This document shows, in pieces, positions 1 through 8,028 of a DNA stretch of 64,000 nt (within the stretch, counting starts at the first letter, position 1; every line of letters begins with the position of its first letter). The position numbers were made by a program, and so were the translations under genes. The DNA lies in the NCBI GenBank assembly GCA_040384485.1, contig JAZKJH010000002.1:86235-150234 (forward strand). The letters are read 5' to 3'. The DNA comes from Patescibacteria group bacterium. Its GTDB lineage: Bacteria > Patescibacteriota > Minisyncoccia > Phycocordibacterales > DATDWN01. The notes under the pieces are model-generated. The model searched no databases. It was not told the origin of the DNA and saw only the letters and a list, made by a program, of their open reading frames with translations.

Positions 1-22
1 GAAAAGCAAAGAGAACTATATA

Positions 23-2176
23 GTGATGGAGATTGCCAACCCAAACGGTAGTGATCAGTTTATTTTTTACGTTGCTGTTCCAAATGCTCATAAAAATCTT
101 TTTGAACAGCAAATCATTTCAGTTTTCCATAATGCACGCCTAACCGAAGCTACTTCTGATTACAACGTTTTTAACCATGATGGAGTGTCTTTGGGTTCAT
201 ATCTCGAGACTAACCAAAACCCTATTTACCCATTTAAAACGTACGAGCAGTTTGATCATGATCCGTTGAACGTAGTTTTAAATAGTTTTTCTAAGATACA
301 AAAAAACGGGGAAGGGGCAGCAATACAGATTATTTTCTCACCAAGAGATGATTATTTTAATAAAAAATATGAGTTTGCTATAGAACAAATAGAAGATGGA
401 GTCCCAGTAAAAGAAGCTATTGATCTTCCAGAAACTATAACAGGAAGTTTGAAAAAAGGAGTTTTCGGTTTGTTCAAAGCAGCGCCTAAAATAGGAGAGG
501 AAGATAAACCAGCAAAAATAGACAGTACTGCTGTCGAAAAAATAAGAAGAAAAATAGCAACAACAGTTGTTGCGACAAATATTCGATTAATTGCTTCCGC
601 TAACAACAGAAATGATGCGGACAGAATACTGAAAGGATTAGAATCAAGCTTTAACCAGTTCAATGACACAACCTCAAATGGTTTGAAAGCAAAAAGACTA
701 GAGAAGGCAGCTTTGACGAAACTTTTTAGAGATTATTCATTTAGAAGTTATTCATTAGACAACCTTTTGCCACTAAACTTACACGAAGTAACAACCCTTA
801 TCCACTTCCACAACTCAACCCTTGCACCTTCACCACAACTTAAGCAATCCCAAGCAATCTCAGCCCCAGCTCCGAGTGATATGGGCACCACAGGAACCTT
901 CCTCGGCGTTAACACCTATAGAAATGTTGATACTCAGGTGTACATGCAGGACGAGGATAGACTTAGACACATGTATGTTATCGGTCAGACAGGAACAGGT
1001 AAAACTGTTTTCTTGAAGAACTTGATCATTCAAGATATAAAGGCAGGTAAAGGTTGTTGTTTTATTGATCCACACGGTTCCGACGTTCAAGCCATTCTCG
1101 CTAACATACCACCTGAGAGATATAAGGATGTTATTTATTTTGATCCTAGTCATGTGGAGAGACCTATGGCATTAAACATGTTGGAGTATGACAGGAGTAA
1201 GCCTGAGCAAAAGATTTTCGTAGTAAACGAACTCTTTAGTATTTTTCAAAAACTATACGGCGGGGTACCAGAGTCAATGGGGCCTATGTTTGAGCAGTAT
1301 TTTAGAAACGCAACTATGCTTGTGTTGGAAGACCCGGATTCAGGATGTACACTGGTGGATGTCTCTCGTGTCATGAGTAACAAGGAATATCGTGATTTAA
1401 AATTATCGAAGTGTAAAAATCCTATAGTGCACCAGTTCTGGACTGAGATAGCTGGCAAAGCTGGAGGGGAAGCATCTCTTGCAAACGTAGTGCCGTACAT
1501 TGTTTCGAAGTTCGATGTGTTTTTGGCCAACGATATAATGCGACCTATTATTGCCCAGGAAAAATCTTCTTTTGATTTCCGACAAATAATGGATGACAAG
1601 AAAATTCTCCTAGTAAATCTTTCTAAGGGTAGGTTGGGAGACATAAACGCAAATCTTATCGGCCTTATTTTGGTAGGTAAAATTCTTATGGCCGCGTTGT
1701 CACGTGTGGATTTAGTTGGTAAAGATTTTCCAGCATTTTATTTGTATATTGATGAGTTCCAGAACATTACCACTGATTCTATTTCAGTTATTCTTTCAGA
1801 AGCTAGAAAATACAAACTTTCGCTCAACATCGCTCACCAGTTTATCGGGCAGCTTCAGGACAACATCCGAGATGCAGTTTTTGGAAACGTAGGTTCCATA
1901 GCGACCTTCCGTGTGGGAGCAGAGGATGCTGAGTTTTTGGAAAAACAATTTGCTCCGGTGTTTACTGCAAAAGATATTATGAACATAGATAACTTAAATG
2001 CATATCTAAAAATGCTCATAAACGGAAAAACTGTAAAAGCATTTAATATAAAGGAGCCGTATCCGCCAGCAGGGAATCCAGCTGTTATCGATACGTTAAA
2101 ACAACTTTCATATCTAACATATGGAGGGGATAAAGAGGAGATAGAGGCGAGTATTTTGGCTAAGTACAAGAAATAA
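23..2176 (+). CDS. TraD/TrwB/VirD4-family coupling-protein-like AAA+ ATPase (possibly 5'-truncated at window edge)
   Basis: 717-aa ORF. Walker A VIGQTGTGKT followed about 25 aa later by FIDPHGSD (compare TrwB/TraD IVDPNGD). Walker B-like YLYIDEFQN far downstream. The frame is open from window base 2 to the first ATG, so the true start may lie upstream. Confidence 0.65.
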   Translation: MMEIANPNGSDQFIFYVAVPNAHKNLFEQQIISVFHNARLTEATSDYNVFNHDGVSLGSYLETNQNPIYPFKTYEQFDHDPLNVVLNSFSKIQKNGEGAAIQIIFSPRDDYFNKKYEFAIEQIEDGVPVKEAIDLPETITGSLKKGVFGLFKAAPKIGEEDKPAKIDSTAVEKIRRKIATTVVATNIRLIASANNRNDADRILKGLESSFNQFNDTTSNGLKAKRLEKAALTKLFRDYSFRSYSLDNLLPLNLHEVTTLIHFHNSTLAPSPQLKQSQAISAPAPSDMGTTGTFLGVNTYRNVDTQVYMQDEDRLRHMYVIGQTGTGKTVFLKNLIIQDIKAGKGCCFIDPHGSDVQAILANIPPERYKDVIYFDPSHVERPMALNMLEYDRSKPEQKIFVVNELFSIFQKLYGGVPESMGPMFEQYFRNATMLVLEDPDSGCTLVDVSRVMSNKEYRDLKLSKCKNPIVHQFWTEIAGKAGGEASLANVVPYIVSKFDVFLANDIMRPIIAQEKSSFDFRQIMDDKKILLVNLSKGRLGDINANLIGLILVGKILMAALSRVDLVGKDFPAFYLYIDEFQNITTDSISVILSEARKYKLSLNIAHQFIGQLQDNIRDAVFGNVGSIATFRVGAEDAEFLEKQFAPVFTAKDIMNIDNLNAYLKMLINGKTVKAFNIKEPYPPAGNPAVIDTLKQLSYLTYGGDKEEIEASILAKYKK

Positions 2177-2291
2177 ATCTCCAAGCAGTATTTCTCAAAA
2201 AGCAATCTATCTGGCCGTGGTCGGCCAGCGAACTTCTCGGCTCGCCAGCCTGCGAAAGGCTTTTTTCAAAACACTGCTTGGAGATTTTTTC
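2177..2291 (+). terminator. compound stem-loop element: 13-bp outer inverted repeat enclosing two GC-rich hairpins, ending in a T6 run
   Basis: Outer arms atctccaagcagt (2177-2189) and actgcttggagat (2273-2285). Inner hairpins ctggccg-tggt-cggccag (2211-2228) and gcc-tgcgaa-aggc (2248-2260). T-runs at 2261-2266 and 2286-2291. Begins immediately after the stop of the upstream gene. Confidence 0.5.
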
Positions 2292-2343
2292 TGTGCCAAA
2301 ATAATTGGGAGGTGGATGGAAGGAATAGGAAAAGTTGGGTAAT

Positions 2344-2375
2344 AAAAAAGGCGAGTCCTGTAGTAGCGACTCGCC
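2344..2375 (-). terminator. intrinsic terminator of the minus-strand HTH gene
   Basis: ggcgagtc / gactcgcc stem. On the minus strand it is followed by TTTTTT (plus-strand A-run 2344-2349), directly 3' of the ORF that ends at 2382. Confidence 0.6.
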
Positions 2376-2381
2376 TGTGTG

Positions 2382-2627
2382 TCAGGTGGAACGGCTGAAG
2401 CCCATTGTCCCGTCGTTTTCCCGACGGTACTTTGCGTGAGCGTTTTTTACGATCGCCATTCCTTGTGCCAGGTTATTGCGATAGCCGGCTTCAATGGCGA
2501 CTTGCTTCACGATTTCCTGGTAGGCTTTGCGGAGATTGACTCCACGTCGGCCAATTGACTGCGCCATAACGGCTCTATATCGGAGTCGGACTTTCAAGCA
2601 CAGACTCTGCTCATGCGGTGTCAACAT
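2382..2627 (-). CDS. small stand-alone sigma-70 region-4-like HTH DNA-binding protein (81 aa)
   Basis: LTPHEQSLCLKVRLRY...MAQSIGRRGVNLRKAYQEIVKQ resembles the sigma-70 region 4.2 pattern LxxRExxVLxLRY...IGxxxGVTRERIRQIE. GC-rich codon usage. Has its own consensus promoter, SD GGAGG and terminator. Confidence 0.5.
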   Translation of the reverse strand: MLTPHEQSLCLKVRLRYRAVMAQSIGRRGVNLRKAYQEIVKQVAIEAGYRNNLAQGMAIVKNAHAKYRRENDGTMGFSRST

Positions 2628-2650
2628 GGGACCTCCAAAATTCTTACTAT

Positions 2651-2694
2651 ATTATACTACCAAATAACCCTATTTGTCAATAGGGTTATCCACA
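2651..2694 (-). promoter_or_regulatory. consensus sigma-70 promoter (TTGACA-18-TATAAT) with a perfect 11-bp inverted-repeat operator over the -35
   Basis: Minus strand reads tattgacaaatagggttatttggtagTATAAT...tggaggtccc ATG. The palindrome ATAACCCTATT-TGTC-AATAGGGTTAT (2664-2689) contains the -35. A DnaA-box-like TTATCCACA sits at about 2686-2694. Confidence 0.55.
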
Positions 2695-2721
2695 CTTAAA
2701 ATAGGTCTAGAGTTAGGTTTT

Positions 2722-3177
2722 TTAGTTAAGTAGCTCGTCTACGACTGACTTCACCACGTCTCCGTCTGCTTTTCCTCGAAGTTCCTTCATAAGGTTACCC
2801 ATAAGCATACCTGCCTTGGTTTTGTCCGTTACTCCAAGCTCTGTCATTTTTGCTTTTGTTATCGCTACAACTTCTTCTCTCGGCATCATGGCTGGTAGAT
2901 ATTTTTCTAACACCAATAACTCTGCTTGTTCGCTTTCAGCAAGCTCTGGTCTTCCACCATTGGTGAACTGTTCAATAGAGTCCTTTCTTTGTTTTACTGC
3001 TCTTCTGATAACATTTAACACTTCTTCGTCTCCTAACTCATCTTGAGGCATTTTGCCTGTAGCTACTAATTCGTTTGTAAATGCAGAAACAAGTCCTCGA
3101 ACTACTCCAAGTTTAACGGTGTCTTTTGCAAGCATTGCTTCTTTTACTTGCCCTTTGATTGTTTGATGTAATGACAT
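2722..3177 (-). CDS. yqeY: GatB/YqeY domain protein
   Basis: 151 aa with a YqeY-like sequence (…LEKYLP…EEVV…DGDVVKSVVDELL). Confidence 0.8.
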   Translation of the reverse strand: MSLHQTIKGQVKEAMLAKDTVKLGVVRGLVSAFTNELVATGKMPQDELGDEEVLNVIRRAVKQRKDSIEQFTNGGRPELAESEQAELLVLEKYLPAMMPREEVVAITKAKMTELGVTDKTKAGMLMGNLMKELRGKADGDVVKSVVDELLN

Positions 3178-3192
3178 ATTTTCTATTATACC

Positions 3193-3696
3193 TTATTTTG
3201 TAAATTTGAAACTTTCAATAACTTTTTTTACACTGTCGTCAAAACCAATAACCATTATAAAATTATTACCTACTTTTTTACCAATATCTGGGATAAATGG
3301 CAAGTTGTTTTTTTGGAAAGATTCATTGTCCCAAACTTGAACTTCTAGTGGATATATTTGGCATAAATGCGAACTACATTCAAGTTGAAGTAGTAATTCC
3401 TTAGAACCTCCAATTGTTCCATTTTTACTCTTCTCCAGAATGATAAATTCCTTTGGACAGTCAAATTCAAAGCCATATTCTGTATTTTTGTATTTTGTAG
3501 GACATTGAATCATGGTAGGCTCTGCAACAGGTAATTTTTCATCACTTTTTTCATCTATATATTCCTGGGATGGTATAAATCGATAGCCATCGTTGAGTGT
3601 TTTGTTATACACAATATCCTTACCTATAAACAAAAACAAACATGCAATTCCAATTGCTGCCACTATTACTATGAGCAAGTTTTTATGTTTTTTCAT
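3193..3696 (-). CDS. hypothetical membrane-anchored protein
   Basis: 167-aa ORF. N-terminal MKKHKNLLIVIVAAIGIACLFLFIG is a signal/anchor-like segment. No recognisable domain. Confidence 0.5.
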   Translation of the reverse strand: MKKHKNLLIVIVAAIGIACLFLFIGKDIVYNKTLNDGYRFIPSQEYIDEKSDEKLPVAEPTMIQCPTKYKNTEYGFEFDCPKEFIILEKSKNGTIGGSKELLLQLECSSHLCQIYPLEVQVWDNESFQKNNLPFIPDIGKKVGNNFIMVIGFDDSVKKVIESFKFTK

Positions 3697-3741
3697 AAGA
3701 ATACATTATCATAATCAGCATTCATTTGGTAGAATATTGTC

Positions 3742-4779
3742 ATGGAAATAGTAGCTTATGTATTAGGCGGACTAATTGTAGGAGGAATTGTTGTATATTT
3801 TTTGCGACCAAAACAAGTAGAAAATGATACAGGACTGAAACTGATTCTTCAGCAGATAAACGAGCTCAACCGAGTAGTGGATACTAAAATTGGTGAAAGT
3901 ACTCGCTCAATGAATGAGTCTGTTCGTCACCAGCTTGGGGAGTCTGCCAACCTTATCCGTGAAGTAACCCAAGGTCTGACCAAACTCGACGAGACTAACC
4001 GACAGGTGGTTTCTTTTGCAGATCAACTACAGAGCCTTCAGGATATTTTAAAAAACCCAAAACAGAGAGGGATTTTGGGAGAGTATTATCTGGAAACACT
4101 TTTAAAAAATGTTTTAGCTCCAAACCAGTATCAAATGCAGTATGCATTTAAAAATGGTGAGATTGTAGACGCTGCTGTGTTTGTGAAAGATAAAATAATC
4201 CCTGTGGACTCAAAGTTCTCTCTGGAAAACTACAACCGCATGGTAGAAACAACAGATGTTACAGAAAAAGCTCGTTTGGAAAAACTGTTTGTAAATGATT
4301 TGAAGCTTCGTATTACAGAAACTTCAAAATATATCAGACCAGAGGAGGGAACCATGGACTTTGCATTTATGTTCATACCTCACGAAGCTATTTATTACGA
4401 CTTACTAATAAACAAAGTAGGAGCTGTAACAGAAGATACAGAAAACTTGATACAACGAGCAGCAGGAAAGAATAAAGTTATTATAGTTTCTCCAACATCG
4501 TTCTTGGCATATTTACAAACTGTTCTGCAGGGACTGAAAGCAATGCAAATAGAAGAGCAAACAAAAGATATTATAAAGAGGGTGGGAGAGATTGGAACTC
4601 ATTTAAAAAAGTACGAGGACTACCACGGGCGTCTCGGTAACTCACTAGAGACAGTGGTAAACCATTACAACAACTCAAGTAAGGAATTTAAGAAGATAGA
4701 TAAAGATGTGATGCGGATAACTGGGGAATCATTAGGTTTTGAACAAGTTTTGATTGATAAACCAGATACAGAGGAATAG
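3742..4779 (+). CDS. rmuC: DNA recombination protein RmuC
   Basis: 345 aa. N-terminal TM, coiled coil, and a conserved RmuC block (…IIPVDSKFSLENY…). Confidence 0.8.
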   Translation: MEIVAYVLGGLIVGGIVVYFLRPKQVENDTGLKLILQQINELNRVVDTKIGESTRSMNESVRHQLGESANLIREVTQGLTKLDETNRQVVSFADQLQSLQDILKNPKQRGILGEYYLETLLKNVLAPNQYQMQYAFKNGEIVDAAVFVKDKIIPVDSKFSLENYNRMVETTDVTEKARLEKLFVNDLKLRITETSKYIRPEEGTMDFAFMFIPHEAIYYDLLINKVGAVTEDTENLIQRAAGKNKVIIVSPTSFLAYLQTVLQGLKAMQIEEQTKDIIKRVGEIGTHLKKYEDYHGRLGNSLETVVNHYNNSSKEFKKIDKDVMRITGESLGFEQVLIDKPDTEE

Positions 4780-4808
4780 TTGACAGTGATGTTTTGTGTG
4801 GGTATAGT
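4780..4808 (+). promoter_or_regulatory. sigma-70 promoter TTGACA-17-TATAGT with TGTG extended -10; implies a leaderless transcript
   Basis: ttgacagtgatgttttgtgtgggTATAGTtttaaATG. The ATG lies 5 nt after the -10 and there is no SD. Confidence 0.45.
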
Positions 4809-4813
4809 TTTAA

Positions 4814-5014
4814 ATGGAGGACAAAGCTTTGGTTGGAGCGATTGTATGTCTCGTTCTCGGAGTAATTTTTGGCTGGATCGCACTCGAGGCCGATGTCAGT
4901 CCGCAGACAGGCGTTGCTTGTGCGTTTCTAGCTCTCGTTTTCTTTGCCGGTGCAGCGGCAGGCAGTGACCCCAAAACAAAACACGGTGAAAGTCACGATT
5001 TGCCCCATCCATAA
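4814..5014 (+). CDS. GC-rich small two-TM membrane protein (66 aa)
   Basis: Two hydrophobic helices. GC-rich codons (gcg, ggc, ccg) in an AT-rich neighbourhood. Own promoter and own terminator. Confidence 0.45.
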   Translation: MEDKALVGAIVCLVLGVIFGWIALEADVSPQTGVACAFLALVFFAGAAAGSDPKTKHGESHDLPHP

Positions 5015-5020
5015 CCCATG

Positions 5021-5061
5021 CAAGCCTGTGGTCGTATTATGACCATAGGCTTGCTTTTTTT
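5021..5061 (+). terminator. intrinsic terminator
   Basis: caagcctgtggtc-gtattat-gaccataggcttg stem-loop followed by T8. Confidence 0.7.
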
Positions 5062-5375
5062 ATATAAATATCTAGTATTAACTTTGGAAAAGGTGTGGGT
5101 AACCACTGAGTAACCAGACTGCAACGCTTGGGGAAATCGGCAGGAGCTACTGCCGACAAAACAAGTGAAAAATTATGGTTCTTATGTCGATTGGGACGCT
5201 GCGATAATCCGATAAATGGGAGACTATCTAGGTCTCTCTAACTATGGGGTTAGATCCCATAGCGCAGGGGCGTTCTAGACCCTTATCCACTACGGTTCGA
5301 CCTTTCGAGGTTGAGCCGTTTTTTATACTTGCAATTTTAGGCCTTTTTCTGTATATTATAGGGACTAAAAAATAT

Positions 5376-5693
5376 ATGGAATTCGCAATCATCAAAACAG
5401 GTGGAAAACAATACAAAGTCTCTAAGGGAGATTTGGTAAAAATCGAGAAAATCAAAGGAGAATTGAAGGTAGGAGACAAGGTTGTTTTCGAAGATGTTTT
5501 GCTAGTTGAGGACGGAAAAGACACTAAAATCGGTACTCCTTATATCGCTACTGCAAAGGTAGAAGGTACTCTAGAAGCTGTAGGACGAAACAAGACAGTA
5601 GAAGTAGTAAAGTACAAACAAAAGAGCCGATACTACAAGAAAAACGGACACAGACAACCATGGTTCAAAGTTAGAGTAGACGCAATCAAATAA
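5376..5693 (+). CDS. rplU: 50S ribosomal protein L21
   Basis: MEFAIIKTGGKQYKVSKGDLVKIEKI… is a typical L21. The internal ATG of the longer 5244..5693 ORF was chosen as the start. Confidence 0.9.
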   Translation: MEFAIIKTGGKQYKVSKGDLVKIEKIKGELKVGDKVVFEDVLLVEDGKDTKIGTPYIATAKVEGTLEAVGRNKTVEVVKYKQKSRYYKKNGHRQPWFKVRVDAIK

Positions 5694-5694
5694 G

Positions 5695-5722
5695 AAAAAT
5701 CCGCCACTCGGCGGTTTTTTTA
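5695..5722. terminator. bidirectional intrinsic terminator shared by rplU (+) and recR (-)
   Basis: ccgcc-actc-ggcgg hairpin (5701-5714) flanked by an A-run on the left and T8 on the right. Overlaps the recR stop. Confidence 0.7.
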
Positions 5723-6322
5723 TTGTCTGTTTTTCAAGGCATTCTTGATAGTGTCACTATCTGAATACTCCAGTTCAGTTCCAGTCGAAAGTCCTCGTCC
5801 GAGAGTTGAAATTTTAAGGGTAGGGAATTCTCTTTCTATGGTTTCTTTTAGGTAGGTCAGGGTATTTTCACCCTCTGGGTTGTAATTTAGGGCGAGGATG
5901 ACTTCTGTAAGTCCGTTCTTGATTTTATCTTGTAGTGTCTGTGTCAGTTCTTTTTGTCGGATACGTTTTTCTGGATTTTTTTCAAGAATAGGAATACTTC
6001 CACCTAATACAAAATAATAACCTTTGTAGAATTTGGTTTTTTCAATATTTTCAAAATCTACATCTTGGGAAACAAGCATTAAGGTATTTTCTCTAGTATC
6101 ATCACGACAAATAGAACAGGTTTTGTTAGTTCCGTTCGGAAAGAATCTGAAACAAGTGTCACAGGCATGTACAGTACTGCGGACCTCGCTTATTAGACGG
6201 GACAGGTCTGCTGAGTATCCTTGATTTCTATTTAACAAAAAATATACAAACCTTTTCGCTTGCCTTGGTCCTATACCGGGGAACTCTTTAAAAAGTTCTA
6301 TGAGCCGTTGAGTGTTGTCCAT
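5720..6322 (-). CDS. recR: recombination protein RecR
   Basis: N-terminal HhH region (FPGIGPRQAKR), C4 zinc finger CDTC…CSIC, Toprim region. Confidence 0.9.
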   Translation of the reverse strand: MDNTQRLIELFKEFPGIGPRQAKRFVYFLLNRNQGYSADLSRLISEVRSTVHACDTCFRFFPNGTNKTCSICRDDTRENTLMLVSQDVDFENIEKTKFYKGYYFVLGGSIPILEKNPEKRIRQKELTQTLQDKIKNGLTEVILALNYNPEGENTLTYLKETIEREFPTLKISTLGRGLSTGTELEYSDSDTIKNALKNRQ

Positions 6323-6333
6323 AAAATAAATAT

Positions 6334-7710
6334 CTAGAAGTCACTAAACTCTCGTTCGGCCCCTCCATATTGCGACTTATCCAAAGATTGAAATGTAGCC
6401 TTTTTGTCGTTAAAGAATAATTTAACTGCCCCAACCTCTCCGTTTCTATGTTTCTCAATAAGTATTTCAGCTATGTTTGTTCTTTCGGACTCTTCTTTGT
6501 ATTTGTCCTCACGGTGGATAAACATAACCACATCAGCATCCTGCTCAATAGAACCAGAGTCTCTTAGGTCAGACAGTCTAGGTTTACCCCCACGTTTCTC
6601 CACGTCTCGAGACAACTGTGATAGAGCAAGTACAGGAACATCTAGTTCGCGAGCAAGGGATTTTAGGGACCTGGATATTTCTGTAACTTGTTGAACAAGG
6701 TTGTCGTTTTTAGAAGGAGTCGCAGGGACCATAAGCTGGAGGTAGTCAACTACAATCAGGTCAAGACCTTTTTCGTTTTTAAGTCTTCTGGCAATAGAAC
6801 GCATTTTGATTATGTTATTGCCAGGTTGGTCGTCTATATAGATAGGGGCCTTGTTTAGCTTATCCAGAGCCTCTCTGATAGCATCAAAGTCATTCTGACG
6901 AGATAGTCCTCCTGTTCGGAGTTTCCACGCATCCACGTTGGCTTGTGCAGCAAGCATTCTATCCACTAGCTGTTGACTACTCATTTCGAGAGAGAAAATA
7001 CCAACCGACATGTTGTGTTCCACAGCGGCTTGGCGCGCTATGTCCAAGGCAAAAGAAGTCTTACCAACAGAAGGTCTAGCTGCAAGAATAATAAGGTCAG
7101 ATTTTTGAAGACCTGAAAGTTTTTTGTCGATATCGGGAAAGCCAGTAGGAATTCCACGCATTCCTTTTTCACCACTATGTATCTTGTCTAGTCTGTCCCA
7201 GGCTTCACCCAGCTCATCTTTAATAGCCACAAATTTTCGAGACGTGTTGAAGTTCGTTACATCAAAAAGTTTTTTCTCTGCACCATCCAGTAGTTCCTCA
7301 AGTTCCTTTGTCTCGTCGTAACCCATTTGACCGATATGGTCGGAGGCTTCGATGAGTCTTCGCATCATGTATTTTTTCTGAACAACCTGAGCGTAGTAAA
7401 TAACATTGGAAGAAGAGGGAACAACATTTACAAGCTCAGTTAGATAAGAGTTTCCACCTATTTGGTCAAGCCAACCTTTTTCACCTAGTTTAGATGAAAC
7501 AGAAAGCATGTCGATAGGGGAGCGTTTAGAAAAAAGCTCCATCATCGTTTCGAATATTATTTTATGTTTTTCAGAATAGTAGGAATCAGGTTTTGTTATG
7601 TCTACAACGTCGTACATTGATTCTGGGCGGAGCATCACTGAACCCAAAAGCGCCATTTCTGCGTCAAGGTTCTGAGGAGGAATTCGAACTCCACTTCTGT
7701 TTTGTGTCAT
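6334..7710 (-). CDS. dnaB: replicative DNA helicase DnaB
   Basis: 458 aa. N-terminal PPQNLDAEMALLGSVML. Walker A ARPSVGKT. RecA-like C-terminal domain. Confidence 0.9.
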   Translation of the reverse strand: MTQNRSGVRIPPQNLDAEMALLGSVMLRPESMYDVVDITKPDSYYSEKHKIIFETMMELFSKRSPIDMLSVSSKLGEKGWLDQIGGNSYLTELVNVVPSSSNVIYYAQVVQKKYMMRRLIEASDHIGQMGYDETKELEELLDGAEKKLFDVTNFNTSRKFVAIKDELGEAWDRLDKIHSGEKGMRGIPTGFPDIDKKLSGLQKSDLIILAARPSVGKTSFALDIARQAAVEHNMSVGIFSLEMSSQQLVDRMLAAQANVDAWKLRTGGLSRQNDFDAIREALDKLNKAPIYIDDQPGNNIIKMRSIARRLKNEKGLDLIVVDYLQLMVPATPSKNDNLVQQVTEISRSLKSLARELDVPVLALSQLSRDVEKRGGKPRLSDLRDSGSIEQDADVVMFIHREDKYKEESERTNIAEILIEKHRNGEVGAVKLFFNDKKATFQSLDKSQYGGAEREFSDF

Positions 7711-7801
7711 GCAAACATTGTAACATGCACTACTTTTCGGACACTACTTTACAAAAGTTCATAAACTGTGGGAAAGGTGGGGATTAAAAAAAGCACCAAA
7801 C

Positions 7802-7993
7802 CTAGGAGGTTTGGTGCGGTGAGGGGACGGGGGTTTCTCTTGTGATGCCAGCCTCTGCCATTCGACGTTCGCACTCTTTCATGTTGTCCTTTTTTGAGCA
7901 ACTACATGTGCCGCGGGCACATTCCTGTGCAAATCCTAGCGCTAAGTACTTAAGAACTTTACGTGCCTCAGTAATATTCAAAGGAGCCTCCAA
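7802..7993 (-). CDS. hypothetical small Cys-rich protein (TTG start)
   Basis: 63 aa with a CxCS…C cluster. A hairpin caccaaacc/ggtttggtg with an adjacent T-run (on minus) overlaps the stop. Weak support. Confidence 0.3.
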   Translation of the reverse strand: MEAPLNITEARKVLKYLALGFAQECARGTCSCSKKDNMKECERRMAEAGITRETPVPSPHQTS

Positions 7994-8028
7994 CTAGTAA
8001 TTTACCACACCAACCGGACAAGTCAATT

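Noticed and set aside
352-1644. Antisense or overlapping ORFs inside the T4CP-like gene (352-669-, 860-1153-, 1246-1644-) and similar ones inside dnaK, dnaB, cysS, ctpA and asnB
   Set aside because: They lie fully inside well-supported genes on the opposite strand or in another frame, have no SD, and have low-complexity composition. They are typical shadow ORFs.
2686-2694. oriC / DnaA-box cluster near dnaB
   Set aside because: Only an isolated TTATCCACA at about 2686 and one one-mismatch box at about 5283. There is no cluster and no AT-rich DUE next to dnaB.
4780-4968. Alternative-frame ORF 4780-4968 overlapping 4814-5014
   Set aside because: It begins inside the promoter -35. The 4814 frame encodes a coherent two-TM protein with GC-rich codons.
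5062-5375. tmRNA, RNase P RNA or SRP RNA in the pre-rplU region
   Set aside because: No tRNA-like GGTTCGANTCC 3' domain, no RNase P P4 motif (AGGAAAGUCCGGGCUC) and no SRP domain-IV GGAA/AGCAGC asymmetric loop were seen. It is kept only as an unclassified structured leader.
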